Assembly: GCA_963845755.1 (NCBI GenBank)
Contig: CAWJTV010000034.1
Coordinates: 448,001-512,000 of the forward strand
From: an uncultured Planctomycetota bacterium
GTDB lineage: Bacteria; Planctomycetota; Planctomycetia; Isosphaerales; Isosphaeraceae
Length of the DNA: 64,000 nt
Reading direction: 5' to 3'
Position numbers and translations under genes: made by a program. Below, in pieces: positions 35,477-46,436 of the stretch (positions are counted from its first letter, which is position 1; each line of letters starts with the position of its first letter). Below the pieces are notes generated by a model. That model worked only from the letters and a program-made list of their open reading frames with translations, was not told where the DNA came from and made no database searches.

Positions 35477-35863
35477 ATGCAATCGCGCCGCGGATTCATG
35501 CTCATGCTCACTATGGCCTTCGTGGCCATGGCTTTCGTCGTTGGCTCGGTCATCGCCGACGAGTTACTTGGCGTGATCAGCAAGGTCGACGTCGAGGGCA
35601 AGAAGCTCACCGTCATCGAGAAGGACACCGACAAGGAGATCGAGATCACGATCAACGACAAGACCGAACAGGTGAGCAAGAAGAAGGGTGAAGACGAGCC
35701 GACGGTCGTGAAGCTCGACATGGAGAACCTGGAGAAGTTGGCCAAGGGGGTTGATCGGGCCAAGGAGAAAGGGAGGAAGGGAGTCAACGCCAAGATTACC
35801 CACGAGAAGGGTGTTGCCTCAAAGGTCGAACTTAAGGGAGGCAGGGGGAAGAAGGTGCAGTAA
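35477..35863 (+). CDS. Small secreted Lys/Glu-rich protein (OB-fold-like)
   Basis: RBS GAGGAGG; signal peptide ending VIA; GVISKVDVEGKKLTV..V beta pattern. Confidence 0.65.
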   Translation: MQSRRGFMLMLTMAFVAMAFVVGSVIADELLGVISKVDVEGKKLTVIEKDTDKEIEITINDKTEQVSKKKGEDEPTVVKLDMENLEKLAKGVDRAKEKGRKGVNAKITHEKGVASKVELKGGRGKKVQ

Positions 35864-36110
35864 TCCGATTTGCGGACACCTCAAAGGCGTGGTCGGGGCC
35901 GGTGTTGGTTCGATCCAGGGCGGTTGAGCCATCCCCGGCCTTTCCGCGCGGATCGAGCCGACGCACACGCGGTCGGGTCGGGGTCGCTTCGCCAGGTCAT
36001 TTTCATCTCACCGATGGTCAGAACCTCATCTTCCCTCGCAATGCGCTTTCCTCTTGAAGGTCGCGTTCATTCGATTGTCGGGGAGACACAGGATTCCGTT
36101 GACGCGACCG

Positions 36111-37187
36111 TCAACCGGGGCGTTTCGTCGGTCCCTCAGAAGGAACTTTCGGAACGTCCTTGAAACGCGGCGATTCGAAGGTCTTGATTCCTTCGGGGGT
36201 CAAGCGACGGAAGATCGCCGCGTGCGCCGGGGGTCTCGTCGACCAGCCTGAGCCCCCGGTCGGGACCGAGAAGATAGGCGGTCGTCTCGAGGGCGTCGGC
36301 GGTCGCCCCGTCGGGGGCGACGACGGTGACAGCCGCGCGGTCCTCGTGACCCAGACCCGTCGCCGGATTGATGATGTGCGAATAGCGATGTCCATCGATG
36401 ATGACGAACCGTTCGGCGTCGCCGGCGGTCGAAACCGCGGCGTTCTTCAGCAGCAGGGTAGGTGGATGGTCACCGAGCTTGGGGTCCAGCGGCGCGATGG
36501 CGATCCTCCAGCCCTCGGCGTCGGGGGGAGGGTCGCCAACGACGATGTCGCCGGCGCCGCCGACCAGCGCCCGCGTGATCCCCTTCGACCTGAGCACGTC
36601 GAGCCCGGCCTGGGCGGCGTAGCCCTTGGCGATCCCGCCGACGTCGAGCTTCATTCCCGGCTTCAAGAGCTGGACGGTCCGTGCCGCCGGGTCGAGCACC
36701 ATCTTGTCCGAGCCGACGAGCTGTCGGGCCTCGGCGATCCGCGCCGGGTCCGGCAACTTCCGGTCGCGGCGCGCGCGCGCCAGAGCCGGCCGACCGGTGC
36801 GATCGTGACATCGAACGCCCCACCCGATCGCTCGTACATCCGCTTCGATCGCGCGAGCACGTCGAAGAGGTCGGCTTCGACCTTCGCCGGCGGCCCGCCG
36901 GCCGATCGCGACAACTTCGACAGCGCGCTCTCCGGATCGTAATCGCTCAACACGGCATTCAGCGCCTCGATCCGATCGAAGGCCGCTCGGGAGGCGCGTC
37001 TGGCGGTCGCGTCGTCCGTCGAGTATAAAACAAGATGAAATGCGCTGGCCATGTGCGTCTCCTCAAACTCGAAACGCGACAGGCGCCGGCCAGATTCACG
37101 AACCTGCCCGGCCGTTCTCCCGACCTCACCGCCGGGACTTGACGGGAACGATTGAACCCACAGCCACGCGATCAAAGTCGCACCCAT
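36111..37187 (-). CDS. apbE: FAD:protein FMN transferase (frameshifts ~36775, ~36222)
   Basis: HMASAF, LSDYDPESALS, GAFDVTIAP, MKLDVGGIAKGYA, GDI, VSTAGD.ERF, YSHIINPATG, ADAL.TA. Confidence 0.9.
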
Positions 37188-37266
37188 GAAGGCCTCCGGG
37201 GCGTGAACTCGGCCTCGGGAATCCGTACTCGTGCCAGGAAATCCGGTCACTTGGAGCATATCAAAC

Positions 37267-38342
37267 GTGAGCCGTTTCTCGAATACCGTCGGGCTGGCCG
37301 TCGTCGCCTCGGCGCTCTGGCTCGGGTCGCCACGGATGGCGACTTCCGCGCCCAGGAGCCGGCGGCGGAGACCGCCAGTTCAATGAAGCCTTATGTGGAG
37401 ACTATCCCCGGGACCGCCGTCAAGTTCGAGATGGTCCCGATTCCCGGCGGGACCTTCACCATGGGCAGCCCTCCGGAAGAGGCGAAGCTCGAGAAGGACG
37501 ACGACCCGCTCATCAAGGTCGCGCCGAGTCCGCAGCACCCGGTCCAGATCGCCCCTTTCTGGATGGGCAAGTACGAAGTCACCTGGGACGAGTACGACCA
37601 GTTCGCGTTCTCCTTGGACTTGAAGAAGAAATCGCGAGAGAAAGTCGATCTCACCCAGCAGCCCGAGACCGAGAAGAAGGCCGACGCGGTGACCCGGCCG
37701 ACCCCTCCGTACGCCGACATGACGTTCGGCTTCGGCCGGGATGGTCAACCCGCCATCTGTATGACTCACCACGCGGCGATGGAATACTGCCGGTGGCTCT
37801 CGGCCAAGACCGGGAAAACCTACCGTCTGCCGACGGAAGCCGAATGGGAATATGCCTGCCGCGCCGGGACGAAAACCGCCTATTCCTGGGGTGATGACCC
37901 GGAGAAGCTCGACGCGTACGCCTGGGACGTCAACAATGCCGAGAAGCCCATGCCCGTCGGCAAGAAGAAGCCCAATCCGTGGGGCCTCTATGACATTCAC
38001 GGGAACGTCTCGGAGTGGTGCCTGGATCATTACTCGGCCGACGCCTACAAGACCTATCCTACCGGGAAGCCGACCCTGGGCCCGGTCAGCCTGCCGGATG
38101 CCAAGGAGTATCCCTACATCGTCCGGGGCGGGTCGTGGGACGACGACCCCGAGAAACTCCGTAGCGCGGCCCGCCGGGGTTCGAACAAGGAATGGAGCAC
38201 CCAGGACCCGCAACGTCCCCAGAGCATCTGGTGGCACACCGACGCCACATTCGCGGGGTTCCGGATTATCCGCCCGCTGAACGAGCAAGCCAATCTCAAG
38301 GGCCTCAAGTCGCCGGTCGTCAAGGGCAGGGGCACCCGATGA
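37267..38342 (+). CDS. Secreted formylglycine-generating-enzyme (SUMF1) fold protein (frameshift ~37360)
   Basis: MVPIPGGTFTMGS, YEVT, YRLPTEAEWEYACRAG, NPWGLYDIHGNVSEW, RGGSW, GFR; GTG start at 37267 with signal peptide in another frame. Confidence 0.85.
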
Positions 38343-38488
38343 TCCGTCGGGTCCCGGCCCGTTCGAGTCGAGTCGCGTTCCGCCAAGTCGCCTTGAATCG
38401 ATAGGACGAAGAGTGAGCGTGTCCGAGGGGTGAGGGCCGAGTGGCCCTCCGAGTTGATGACATCCCAACCAGCACCAGGAGTCGAACG

Positions 38489-39775
38489 ATGACCGAGCCA
38501 ACCTCTTCGAAGAACTTCTCCCCTTCGCGGCGTGATTTCCTGAAGACTTCGACCGCCGCCGCGGTCGGCCTGGGCGCGATGGGCCATGTCCACGCCGCCG
38601 GCAGCGATGTCATCAAAGTGGGGCTGATCGGCTGCGGCGGCCGTGGCCGCGGCGCCGCGGACAACATCTGCGAGGCGGCCGGTAGCAGCTACAATATCAA
38701 GCTCCACGCTCTGGGCGACGTGTTTCCCGACCACCTCAAGGATTGCCGTGAGTTCCTCCGCAACAACGCCAATTCCAAGGAGCGGATGGACATCTCCGAC
38801 GATCGCTGCTTCGTCGGGTTCGATGCTTACCAGAAAGTGATCGAGTGCTGCGACCTCGTGATGCTGGCCACCCCTCCCGGCTTCCGGCCGCTGCACATCG
38901 AGGCGACCATCAAGGCCGGCAAGCAGCTCTTCACCGAGAAGCCGGTGGCCGTCGATGGCACGGGCATCCGCAAGGTCCTGGACGCTTATGAGGAAGCCAA
39001 GAAGAAGGGCCTGTCGGTCGTCGCCGGCACCCAGCGCCGCCATCAGGCGGGCTACCTTGAGAGCCTGAAGCGGATTCACGACGGAGTGCTGGGCGACCTG
39101 GTCACCGGCCGCGTCTACTGGAACCAGGGCGACATCTGGGTCCATCCCCGCAAGGAAGGCTGGAGCGACACCGAGTATCAGATTCGCAACTGGTACCACT
39201 TCCTCTGGCTCTGCGGCGATCACATCGTCGAACAGCATGTGCACAATCTCGACGTGGCGATCTGGGCACTGGGTGCCCATCCGGTGAGTGCCGTCGGGAT
39301 GGGCGGCCGCCAGGTGCACAACGAGCCGGCCTATGGACAGAGTTACGACCACTTCGCCGTCGATTACGAGTTCCCCGACGGCAAGCACGTCCTGAGCATG
39401 GCCCGGCAGATCCAGGGCTGCGCCGACAATGTCTCGGAGACGATCATCGGCACCAACGGCGAGTTTCACAGCGGTGGCTATCGCTTCACCGGACGATACA
39501 AGGATCGCATCCGCATCCGCGAGGTGAATCCCTACGTCCAGGAACACATCGACCTGCTCGAGAGCATTACGGCTCATAAGCCGATCAACGAGCTGAAGCA
39601 GGTGGCCGAGAGCACGCTCACGGCGATCATGGGTCGCGATTCGGCGTACACGGGCAAGAAGCTCTCCTGGGACCAGGCGCTCAACTCGACGCTCAACACG
39701 TTCCCCAAGTCACCGCTGGCGTGGGGCCCGATGAAGGAAGGCCCGGTGCCCCGTCCGGGCATGGAGCTGGGCTGA
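38489..39775 (+). CDS. Tat-exported Gfo/Idh/MocA oxidoreductase
   Basis: SRRDFLK; VGLIGCGGRG, ATPPGFRP.H, EKP, GTQRRH, GDHIVEQHVHNLD. Confidence 0.9.
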   Translation: MTEPTSSKNFSPSRRDFLKTSTAAAVGLGAMGHVHAAGSDVIKVGLIGCGGRGRGAADNICEAAGSSYNIKLHALGDVFPDHLKDCREFLRNNANSKERMDISDDRCFVGFDAYQKVIECCDLVMLATPPGFRPLHIEATIKAGKQLFTEKPVAVDGTGIRKVLDAYEEAKKKGLSVVAGTQRRHQAGYLESLKRIHDGVLGDLVTGRVYWNQGDIWVHPRKEGWSDTEYQIRNWYHFLWLCGDHIVEQHVHNLDVAIWALGAHPVSAVGMGGRQVHNEPAYGQSYDHFAVDYEFPDGKHVLSMARQIQGCADNVSETIIGTNGEFHSGGYRFTGRYKDRIRIREVNPYVQEHIDLLESITAHKPINELKQVAESTLTAIMGRDSAYTGKKLSWDQALNSTLNTFPKSPLAWGPMKEGPVPRPGMELG

Positions 39776-39877
39776 GTTATCGGATCCGGCTCCGTCCGAC
39801 GACCCGAGATCCTCGGCGGACGGAGCCCCTTCTCCGATCGCGCAACGTCTCCCCCGCAAACCCACGAGGACATCCCG

Positions 39878-40767
39878 ATGAGGAAGCTGCTGGCTTACGC
39901 GCTCTCGACACTCGTGACGGCCTGGTTGATCGGCACCGTCGCACCCGCGCAGGCCGCCGACACGGCCAAGGTTGTCCTGGTCGCCGGCCGGCCCAGCCAC
40001 GGCCCGGGCGATCATGAGTTCAATGCCGGTTGCAAACTACTGGCCAAGTGCCTGGTGCAGGTCCCTGGCATCGAGCCCGTGGTCGTGACGGGAGGCTGGC
40101 CCAAGGATGAATCGGTATTCGAGGGCGCCGGACGCTCGTGTTCTTCATGGACGGCGGCGGCGGACACCCCATGATTCAGGGGAACCATCTGGAGACGCTC
40201 CAGAAGCTGATGGATAAGGGCGTGGGCCTGGTCTGTCTGCACTACGCGGTCGAGGTCCCCAAGGGCGGGCCGGGCGACAAGTTCCTGGACTGGATCGGCG
40301 GCTATTATGAGACCGGCTTCTCGACCAACCCGCACTGGACGGCGGAGATCCAGAGCCTGCCGACGCATGCGATCACCCGGGGTGTCAAGCCGTTCGCCGT
40401 CAAGGACGAGTGGTACTTCAACATCCGATTTCGCCCAGGCATGAAAGGCGTCGTGCCACTCGTCGTGGCCAAGCCCGATGACAAGACGCGCCAGGGAGTC
40501 TCCTCATCCCCGCGCGGGCCGTACCAGCACATCGTTGAGGCCAAGGGGCGCGACGAAGTGCTCGCCTGGGCGGTGGAACGCCCGGACGGCGGCCGTGGCT
40601 TCGGCTTCACGGGCGCCCACGCCCATAAGAATTGGGGCGATCCCAGTTTTCGCAAGCTGGTCCTCAACGCGATCCTCTGGACCGCCAAGCTCGACGTGCC
40701 TGCCGAAGGGGTTAACTCGTCGGTCACCGATGAGGAGTTGAAGCAGAACCTCGATCCCAAGAGATGA
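39878..40767 (+). CDS. Secreted ThuA-domain protein (frameshift ~40130)
   Basis: Signal peptide; VVLVAG..SH.PG.HE, GLVCLHYA, HAITRGV..F...DEWY, WAVER..GGRGF..TG.H. Confidence 0.8.
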
Positions 40768-40779
40768 GCCGGACGACTC

Positions 40780-41083
40780 CTATCCGCCCTCATCGCCGCC
40801 GGCTTCACGGAGCGCGCGAGCGATTCGACTCCGCGCCTCCGTGGAGAGGATGTTCTCGTTCGGGTCGCCCTCGACCACGAGTTGATTGCGGCGACGGACG
40901 ACCCGACGGATGAGGCCGATCTGCTGGCGATACCGACGACACGAGCGGCACAGCATCAGATGACACCTGAAGCGCCACACGCTCGAGGCGGGGCAGTGTC
41001 TCGTCCAGCTCTCGCGACGCCAGCGCCGAAGCGGCGTCGCAATGGAGAGTCAGGATTTCTAGCAGACCGCTCGACCAACTCAT
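40780..41083 (-). CDS. zf-HC2 (ZAS) anti-sigma factor (frameshift ~40970)
   Basis: LHC..AS.L.S..LD..L..LER..L..HLMLCRSC gives HxxxCxxC; ATGA overlap with the sigma stop. Confidence 0.8.
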
Positions 41084-41727
41084 GGGGTCCCCCTCGACCC
41101 GCCGTGGTCCTCGCAGAACCAATGTTTCTCGAGACATTCGCGGAGCAGGAGCCGGGCACGGTGGAGACGCACGCGGAGATTCCCCTCGCTCAGGGCGAGG
41201 TCGCGGCGGAGTTCCGCCGTATCCAGGCCCTCGAGCTCGCGCAAGACGAAGACGGAGGATAACGATCGCGGCAGTCGAGCCAGGCAGCCGTCGAGCACGT
41301 CCCAGAACTCGCGATCCTCGAGCGCCTGTTCCGGTGCCTTCCAGGATGTCACGGCAGTTTTCCACAGCCCCTTAGGGCTGAAGTACCGCTGACTGACGAG
41401 ATCCGGTCGGCCGACCGCGTCGTCGTCCGTCTCGGAGTCGGTCGCAGGTACAGGACTCGCCGCGCGCCGATAGTGATCCACGATCTTATGGCGCAGGATG
41501 GAAACCAACCACGTCCGGATGGCCGCGCGCTGTTCGAATCGGCCTTGCGACTGGAGCGCCGCGAGGAAGGCATCCTGAACCAGGTCTTCCGCCAGCTCCC
41601 GGTTGCCGACCCGAGATCGGGCGTACTGGTACAAGGCGTCCCCGTGCGCGTCCAGCCAGGTCGCGGCATCGCCGGACATCGCCGGCGAATCGGAACGGTC
41701 GGTCTGCGGGGTCTGACGGGCGTTCAT
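41080..41727 (-). CDS. ECF sigma-70 factor (TIGR02943-like)
   Basis: AEDLVQDAFL, RTWLVSILRHKIVDHYR, VFVLRELEG, NLRVRLHRARLLLRECLE..WF. Confidence 0.9.
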   Translation of the reverse strand: MNARQTPQTDRSDSPAMSGDAATWLDAHGDALYQYARSRVGNRELAEDLVQDAFLAALQSQGRFEQRAAIRTWLVSILRHKIVDHYRRAASPVPATDSETDDDAVGRPDLVSQRYFSPKGLWKTAVTSWKAPEQALEDREFWDVLDGCLARLPRSLSSVFVLRELEGLDTAELRRDLALSEGNLRVRLHRARLLLRECLEKHWFCEDHGGSRGTP

Positions 41728-41895
41728 TGATCCCTCGCCGACTCCTCTCCTGGCGCCGACCCGGTCAGCCGTGATACCCCCGATTCATGTTACATCGATC
41801 ACTCGCCCGGACAAGTCCCCGAGGCAAGAAGAGCGCTGCAATCCCGTGGGAGTGAGATCACTCGGGAACGGTCACCTCTTTTTTCGCCAGGTGGC

Positions 41896-41925
41896 TGTAA
41901 CGCCGAAGCGATCTCCGCGACTAAA
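41896..41925 (+). promoter_or_regulatory. Putative ECF promoter of the PEP-CTERM gene
   Basis: TGTAAC-16 bp-CGACTAAA, divergent from the ECF sigma gene. Confidence 0.5.
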
Positions 41926-41987
41926 CCGCGTGCGGACAGACGGTCCGCGGTTGCAAGGAGTCTCCTCTTCTGGCATGGAGTTCGATC

Positions 41988-42827
41988 GTGATGCGCAAGG
42001 TATCTCCGCCGGTTTTGCTCCGGGTCGTCGCAGCGTTGGCCGTTCTTGGGATCACGTCCACGGCGTCTGCGGCCCAGATACAGATCACCGTGACCAACAA
42101 CCAGCCGGCTGGCGGCTTCGCGCTGGCGCCGGTGTGGCTGGGAATCCAGGATGGTACGTTCAACGCGTTCACACCGGGCACGACCGCCAGCCCGGAGATC
42201 GCCACGTTAGCCCAGTTCGGCAACACCGCCCCGCTCTCGTCTTCCTTCGAGTCCCTGGGCATCGGAGTTGATACGACCCTGACCTCCGGGGTGCCGGCCT
42301 TGAAGCAGTTTGTGCCGGGTCAGTCGAATTCAACGATCCTCGACGTGAACAATCCCGCCATGACCCAGTACTTCAGCTTCGCGGGGATGGTCGTTCCGTC
42401 CAACGACTTCTTCATGGGCAATGCCACCCCGCTCCAAATCTTCAACTCGAACGGCAGATTCATCGGCCCGATGACGATCCAGATCTTTGGTTCGGACGTC
42501 TGGGATTCGGATACCGAAGCCCAGAGCACAACGACGGCCCTCACCTTCATAGCGGGCCAGACTCCCGGGAGTGGGACGCAGATCACCAATGGGACGATCA
42601 CCACGGTGTTGCCGAATTCGGCAGACTTCCTGAACAGCATCAACGGCCTGACCACGGCAGCCGGCTATACGATTACCAACGTCCCCACGAGCGACCAACT
42701 CATCGCCACGATCCAGCTCAGTTCCGTGCCAGAGCCCGCGTCGATCGTGCTCCTGGGCATGGGGTTCGTCGGCATGATCGTGGGAAGCCGGGCTGTGCGA
42801 TCGCGAAAAGCCGGCAAGAACGGATGA
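41988..42827 (+). CDS. Spondin_N-like domain PEP-CTERM surface protein
   Basis: Signal peptide; ITVTN..P..F.LAPVW, F.PG..AS, FSFAGMVVPSNDFF, VWD..TE; VPEPASIVLLG-TM-basic tail. Confidence 0.8.
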   Translation: MMRKVSPPVLLRVVAALAVLGITSTASAAQIQITVTNNQPAGGFALAPVWLGIQDGTFNAFTPGTTASPEIATLAQFGNTAPLSSSFESLGIGVDTTLTSGVPALKQFVPGQSNSTILDVNNPAMTQYFSFAGMVVPSNDFFMGNATPLQIFNSNGRFIGPMTIQIFGSDVWDSDTEAQSTTTALTFIAGQTPGSGTQITNGTITTVLPNSADFLNSINGLTTAAGYTITNVPTSDQLIATIQLSSVPEPASIVLLGMGFVGMIVGSRAVRSRKAGKNG

Positions 42828-42950
42828 ACGATCGATTCGGTTGTTGATGATGGCAATCTCGCGGCCGGGCGCCACGTCGATCGTTTATCCTCATTCTGAT
42901 GACGTGGCGACCGGCCGATCCATTATTACGCCGGCAATGAAGAGCCTCAT

Positions 42951-43009
42951 GTAGGTCAGGCTTTCCAGCCTGACTCTTCAGGCGCGTCAGGCTGGAAAGC
43001 CTGACCTCC
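42951..43009. repeat. REP-like palindrome, copy 2
   Basis: GTAGGTCAGGCTTTCCAGCCTGAC..GTCAGGCTGGAAAGCCTGACCTCC between convergent genes. Confidence 0.85.
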
Positions 43010-43051
43010 TTTCTCGCCGGCGGAATACATCGAGTTCGCGAGGGAGGTATT

Positions 43052-46000
43052 CTATGGCCCGTCGTGCGAACTCGTCTTTTCCTCGAACGGATCGGAGATC
43101 GTTTCGTCCTCCGCTCGGCGAGATGAGAGGGCGATCAACCGTTCGCCCAGCACGTAATAGACGGGGATGACGAACCGGCCGAGGACCGTGCTGACCAGGA
43201 TGCCAAACGCGATGACGACGCCCAGGGAGTTCCGGCTGTAAGCCCCGGCGCCGGTGGCGCGTGCCATCGGCAAGACGCCCATCACGAAGGCGAACGAGGT
43301 CATCAGGATCGGCCGCAGCCGTTGCCGCGCCGCCTCCTTGGCCGAATCGATGATGCTCATCCCGTGCTTCTCCTGGAGCTCGACCCCGAACTCGACGATC
43401 AGGATGGCATTTTTTGTCTCCAGGCCGATGAGCATCACGAGCCCGATCTGCCCGAAGACGTCCAGCGGCATGTTGTAGAGCCACAGCCCCACCACCGCGC
43501 CGAACATCGCCAGAGGGACCGTGAAGATGATCACCAGCGGCCGGACCCAGCTCTCGTAGAGCGCCGCCATGAACAGGAAGACGCAGACGATCGAGAGCGC
43601 GAAGATCCAGCCCGCGACGTTGCCCGTCTTCTGCTCCTGGAATGTGGTCCCGGTCCACTCATAAGAGAAGCCTTCCGGGAGCGTGAGATCGGCGACTTCT
43701 TCCATCGCCTTGATGGCCTGACCGGAACTGTAACCCGTCGCGGGCTGACCGTTGATCCTGGCGGCATTGTAGAGGTTGTAGTGGGGCACGTCGATGGGAC
43801 CGAGGGTGTAATTCACATCCCCCAGGGCGCCGAGTTGCACCTTCTGCCTCTGTCGATTGAGCACGTAGAGGGAGCGGATGTCGGCAGGCTTGGCCCTGTT
43901 CTTCCCCTCCGCCTGGATGAAGACTTTCCAGACCTTGCCGTAAAGGTTGAAGTCGTTGACATAATAGCCGCCGAGGTAGGTCTGGAGCACGGAGAAGACG
44001 TCGGCGACGGAGACGTCGAGCCGCTCGGCCTTGGTGCGATCGAAGTCGAAGCGGAGCTGGGGCACGCGGGCCGAGAAGGGGGTGAATAGTCCCGCCAGCT
44101 CCGGACGTCTGCGAGCGGCATCGAGGAACTGGTCGGTGATCTGGGCCAGCGCCTCGACTCCCTTGCCGTCGCGGTCCTCGATCATGAACTCGAATCCGCC
44201 GGTCTGGCTCAGGCCGCGGATCGGCGGCGGTTCGAGGACCAGGGCGACGGCGCCTTGCACCTCGGCCCGCAGCGCGGCCTGGAGCTTCCTCGCCATCGCG
44301 TTGGCACGCAGCTCGGGCGTCTTCCGTTCCGACCACTCCTTGAGCGTGACGAACGCCACCGCGGAATTCGTCTGGTTGGTGGAGCTGAGGACATTGAAGC
44401 CGTCGAGCAGCACCACGTCGCTGACGCCATCCAACTGCATCGCGATGCGGCTGACATCTTGCGCGATCCGTGTGGTCACCTGACGTCCGGTGCCATCCGG
44501 CGTCTGAATTGCCGCGATCAGATACCCCTGGTCCTCGGTCGGGATGAACGCCTTGGGCCGCTCGATCAGCATGTAATACGTCAGGGCCAGCAGGGCCAGC
44601 GAGGGAATCACGATCGTCCACCACTGGTGGGCCGTGAATTCGAGGAACGCGTCGTACGAGTTCTCGAGCCACGCATGCCCCGGTTGAACCATTGGAACAG
44701 GATGAACTTCGACTCGCCATGCTTGGGCCGGAGGAACACCCGCGACATCGCAGGGCTGAAGGTGAGGGAGTTGATCGCGGAGAATAAGAACGAGAACACA
44801 ATCGTGAGGGCGAATTGCTTATACAGGTTGCCGGTCAGGCCGGGGATGAACGCCACCGGGACGAAGACCGCCGCCAGGACGAGCGTGATGGTGACGATCG
44901 GCGCGGTGATTTCTGCCATCGCCGCCCGCACCGCCTGGAGCGGCGAGTCGCCACGCTCGAGGAACTTCTCGACGTTCTCCACGACGATGATCGCGTCGTT
45001 AACCACCAGGCCGATCGCGAGGATCAACCCGCAGAGTGTGAGTGTGTTGATCGAGAAGCCGAACGCGGACATCATGGCGAAGGTGGCCACGAGCGCCACC
45101 GGGATGGCCAGCATCGGGATGATCGTCGCCCGCACGCCCTGGAGGAACACGAAGACCACGAGGAGGACCAGGACGAACGCTTCGAGGAGGGTCTCCTGGA
45201 CCTCGACGATGTTCTCGTGAACGTACTTGGTCGTGTCGTAGGCGATGCGGTACTCCAGACCTGGCGGGAAGTTCCTGGCGAGCCGGTCCATGCTCGCGCG
45301 GACCTGCTTGACGATGTCCAGCGCATTGGCGTCGGAATACTGGTAGACCGGGAGCGTGCCGGCCGGCTTGCCGCTGAGCCAGCCGGAGGTCTCGTAGTTC
45401 TCCGAATCCAGCTCGACTCGTGCGACCTCGCTGAGACGGACGATCGAGCCGTCGTCCCGGCGTCGTACGACGATCTCTTCGAACTCGGAAACCTTCGCGA
45501 GTCGGCCCTTGGTGAGGATCGGAAATTCGAAGACCAGCCCAGGCGGCCCCGGCTGGCCGCCGATCTTGCCCGCGGCCGCCTGGCGGTTCTCCGACTGGAT
45601 CGCCTGGATGACCTCGGTGGGCGAGATGCGCTGGGCGGCCATGCGGTCCGGGTCGAGCCAGACACGCATGGCGTACTTCCGCCCGAACGCGTTAACGTCG
45701 CTGACGCCGGGGATCCGACGGAGGACGTCGAGCACGTAAATCTGCGCGTAATTATCCAGGAATGTGGAGTCGTAATGACCGTCGGGCGAGACCAGGTTGA
45801 CCACGCAGACCATGTCCGTCGAGGTCTTCTTGATGGTCACGCCGAACTGCTTCACCTCCGGCGGCAGTACGGCCTCGGCCGTCTGGACGCGGTTCTGGAT
45901 GTCGACCGCGGCGATGTCCTGCGAATAGCCGACGTCGAAGGTCGCGACGATGTTCGCGAGGCCATTGCTGGTGCTCTCGGAGCTGAAATAGATCATCCCC

Positions 46001-46218
46001 TTCACACCGTTGATCTGCTGCTCGATCGGCGTACTGACGGTCTCGGCCACGGTCCTGGCGTCGGCGCCGGTATAGGTCGTGGTCACCTGGACCTGCGCGG
46101 GCGTGACCTGGGGATACTGCGAGACTGGGAGGATGAACAGGCAGATGCCGCCGACCAGGAGCATCAGCAGGGCCAGCACCGTCGCGAAGATCGGCCGGCC
46201 GATGAAGAAGTTGACCAT
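43052..46218 (-). CDS. HAE1-type RND efflux permease (frameshift ~44672)
   Basis: FFIGRPIFA, PIEQQING, YAMRVWLDP, LAIGLVVNDAIIVVENV, LTFSPAM, LYESW, KNAILIVEF, RLRPILMTS. Confidence 0.92.
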
Positions 46219-46260
46219 GCTCGAGCCTTCCTCCGTACGATCTCCGCGCGGTGCGGCCGC

Positions 46261-46339
46261 TTTAAAGATTCCGATTCAATATTCAAAATTTCAGATAAGG
46301 ATGATTACGGTTTTTAAATTTTTAATCCCGAATCTTGAA
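46261..46339. repeat. AT-rich degenerate heptamer inverted-repeat element
   Basis: TTTAAAGATTCCGATTCAATATTCAAAAT..ATTTTTAATCCCGAATCTTGAA; TTCAAGA-like units in inverted orientation. Confidence 0.5.
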
Positions 46340-46436
46340 CTCCTCTTGGATTGCGGTCGAAGGCCGCATCGGGCTCCCCTCGCTGGCGAGTCTGGTTTGG
46401 GTTGTGACGAGAAAAGCCCGAATCGCTGCCCATCCC

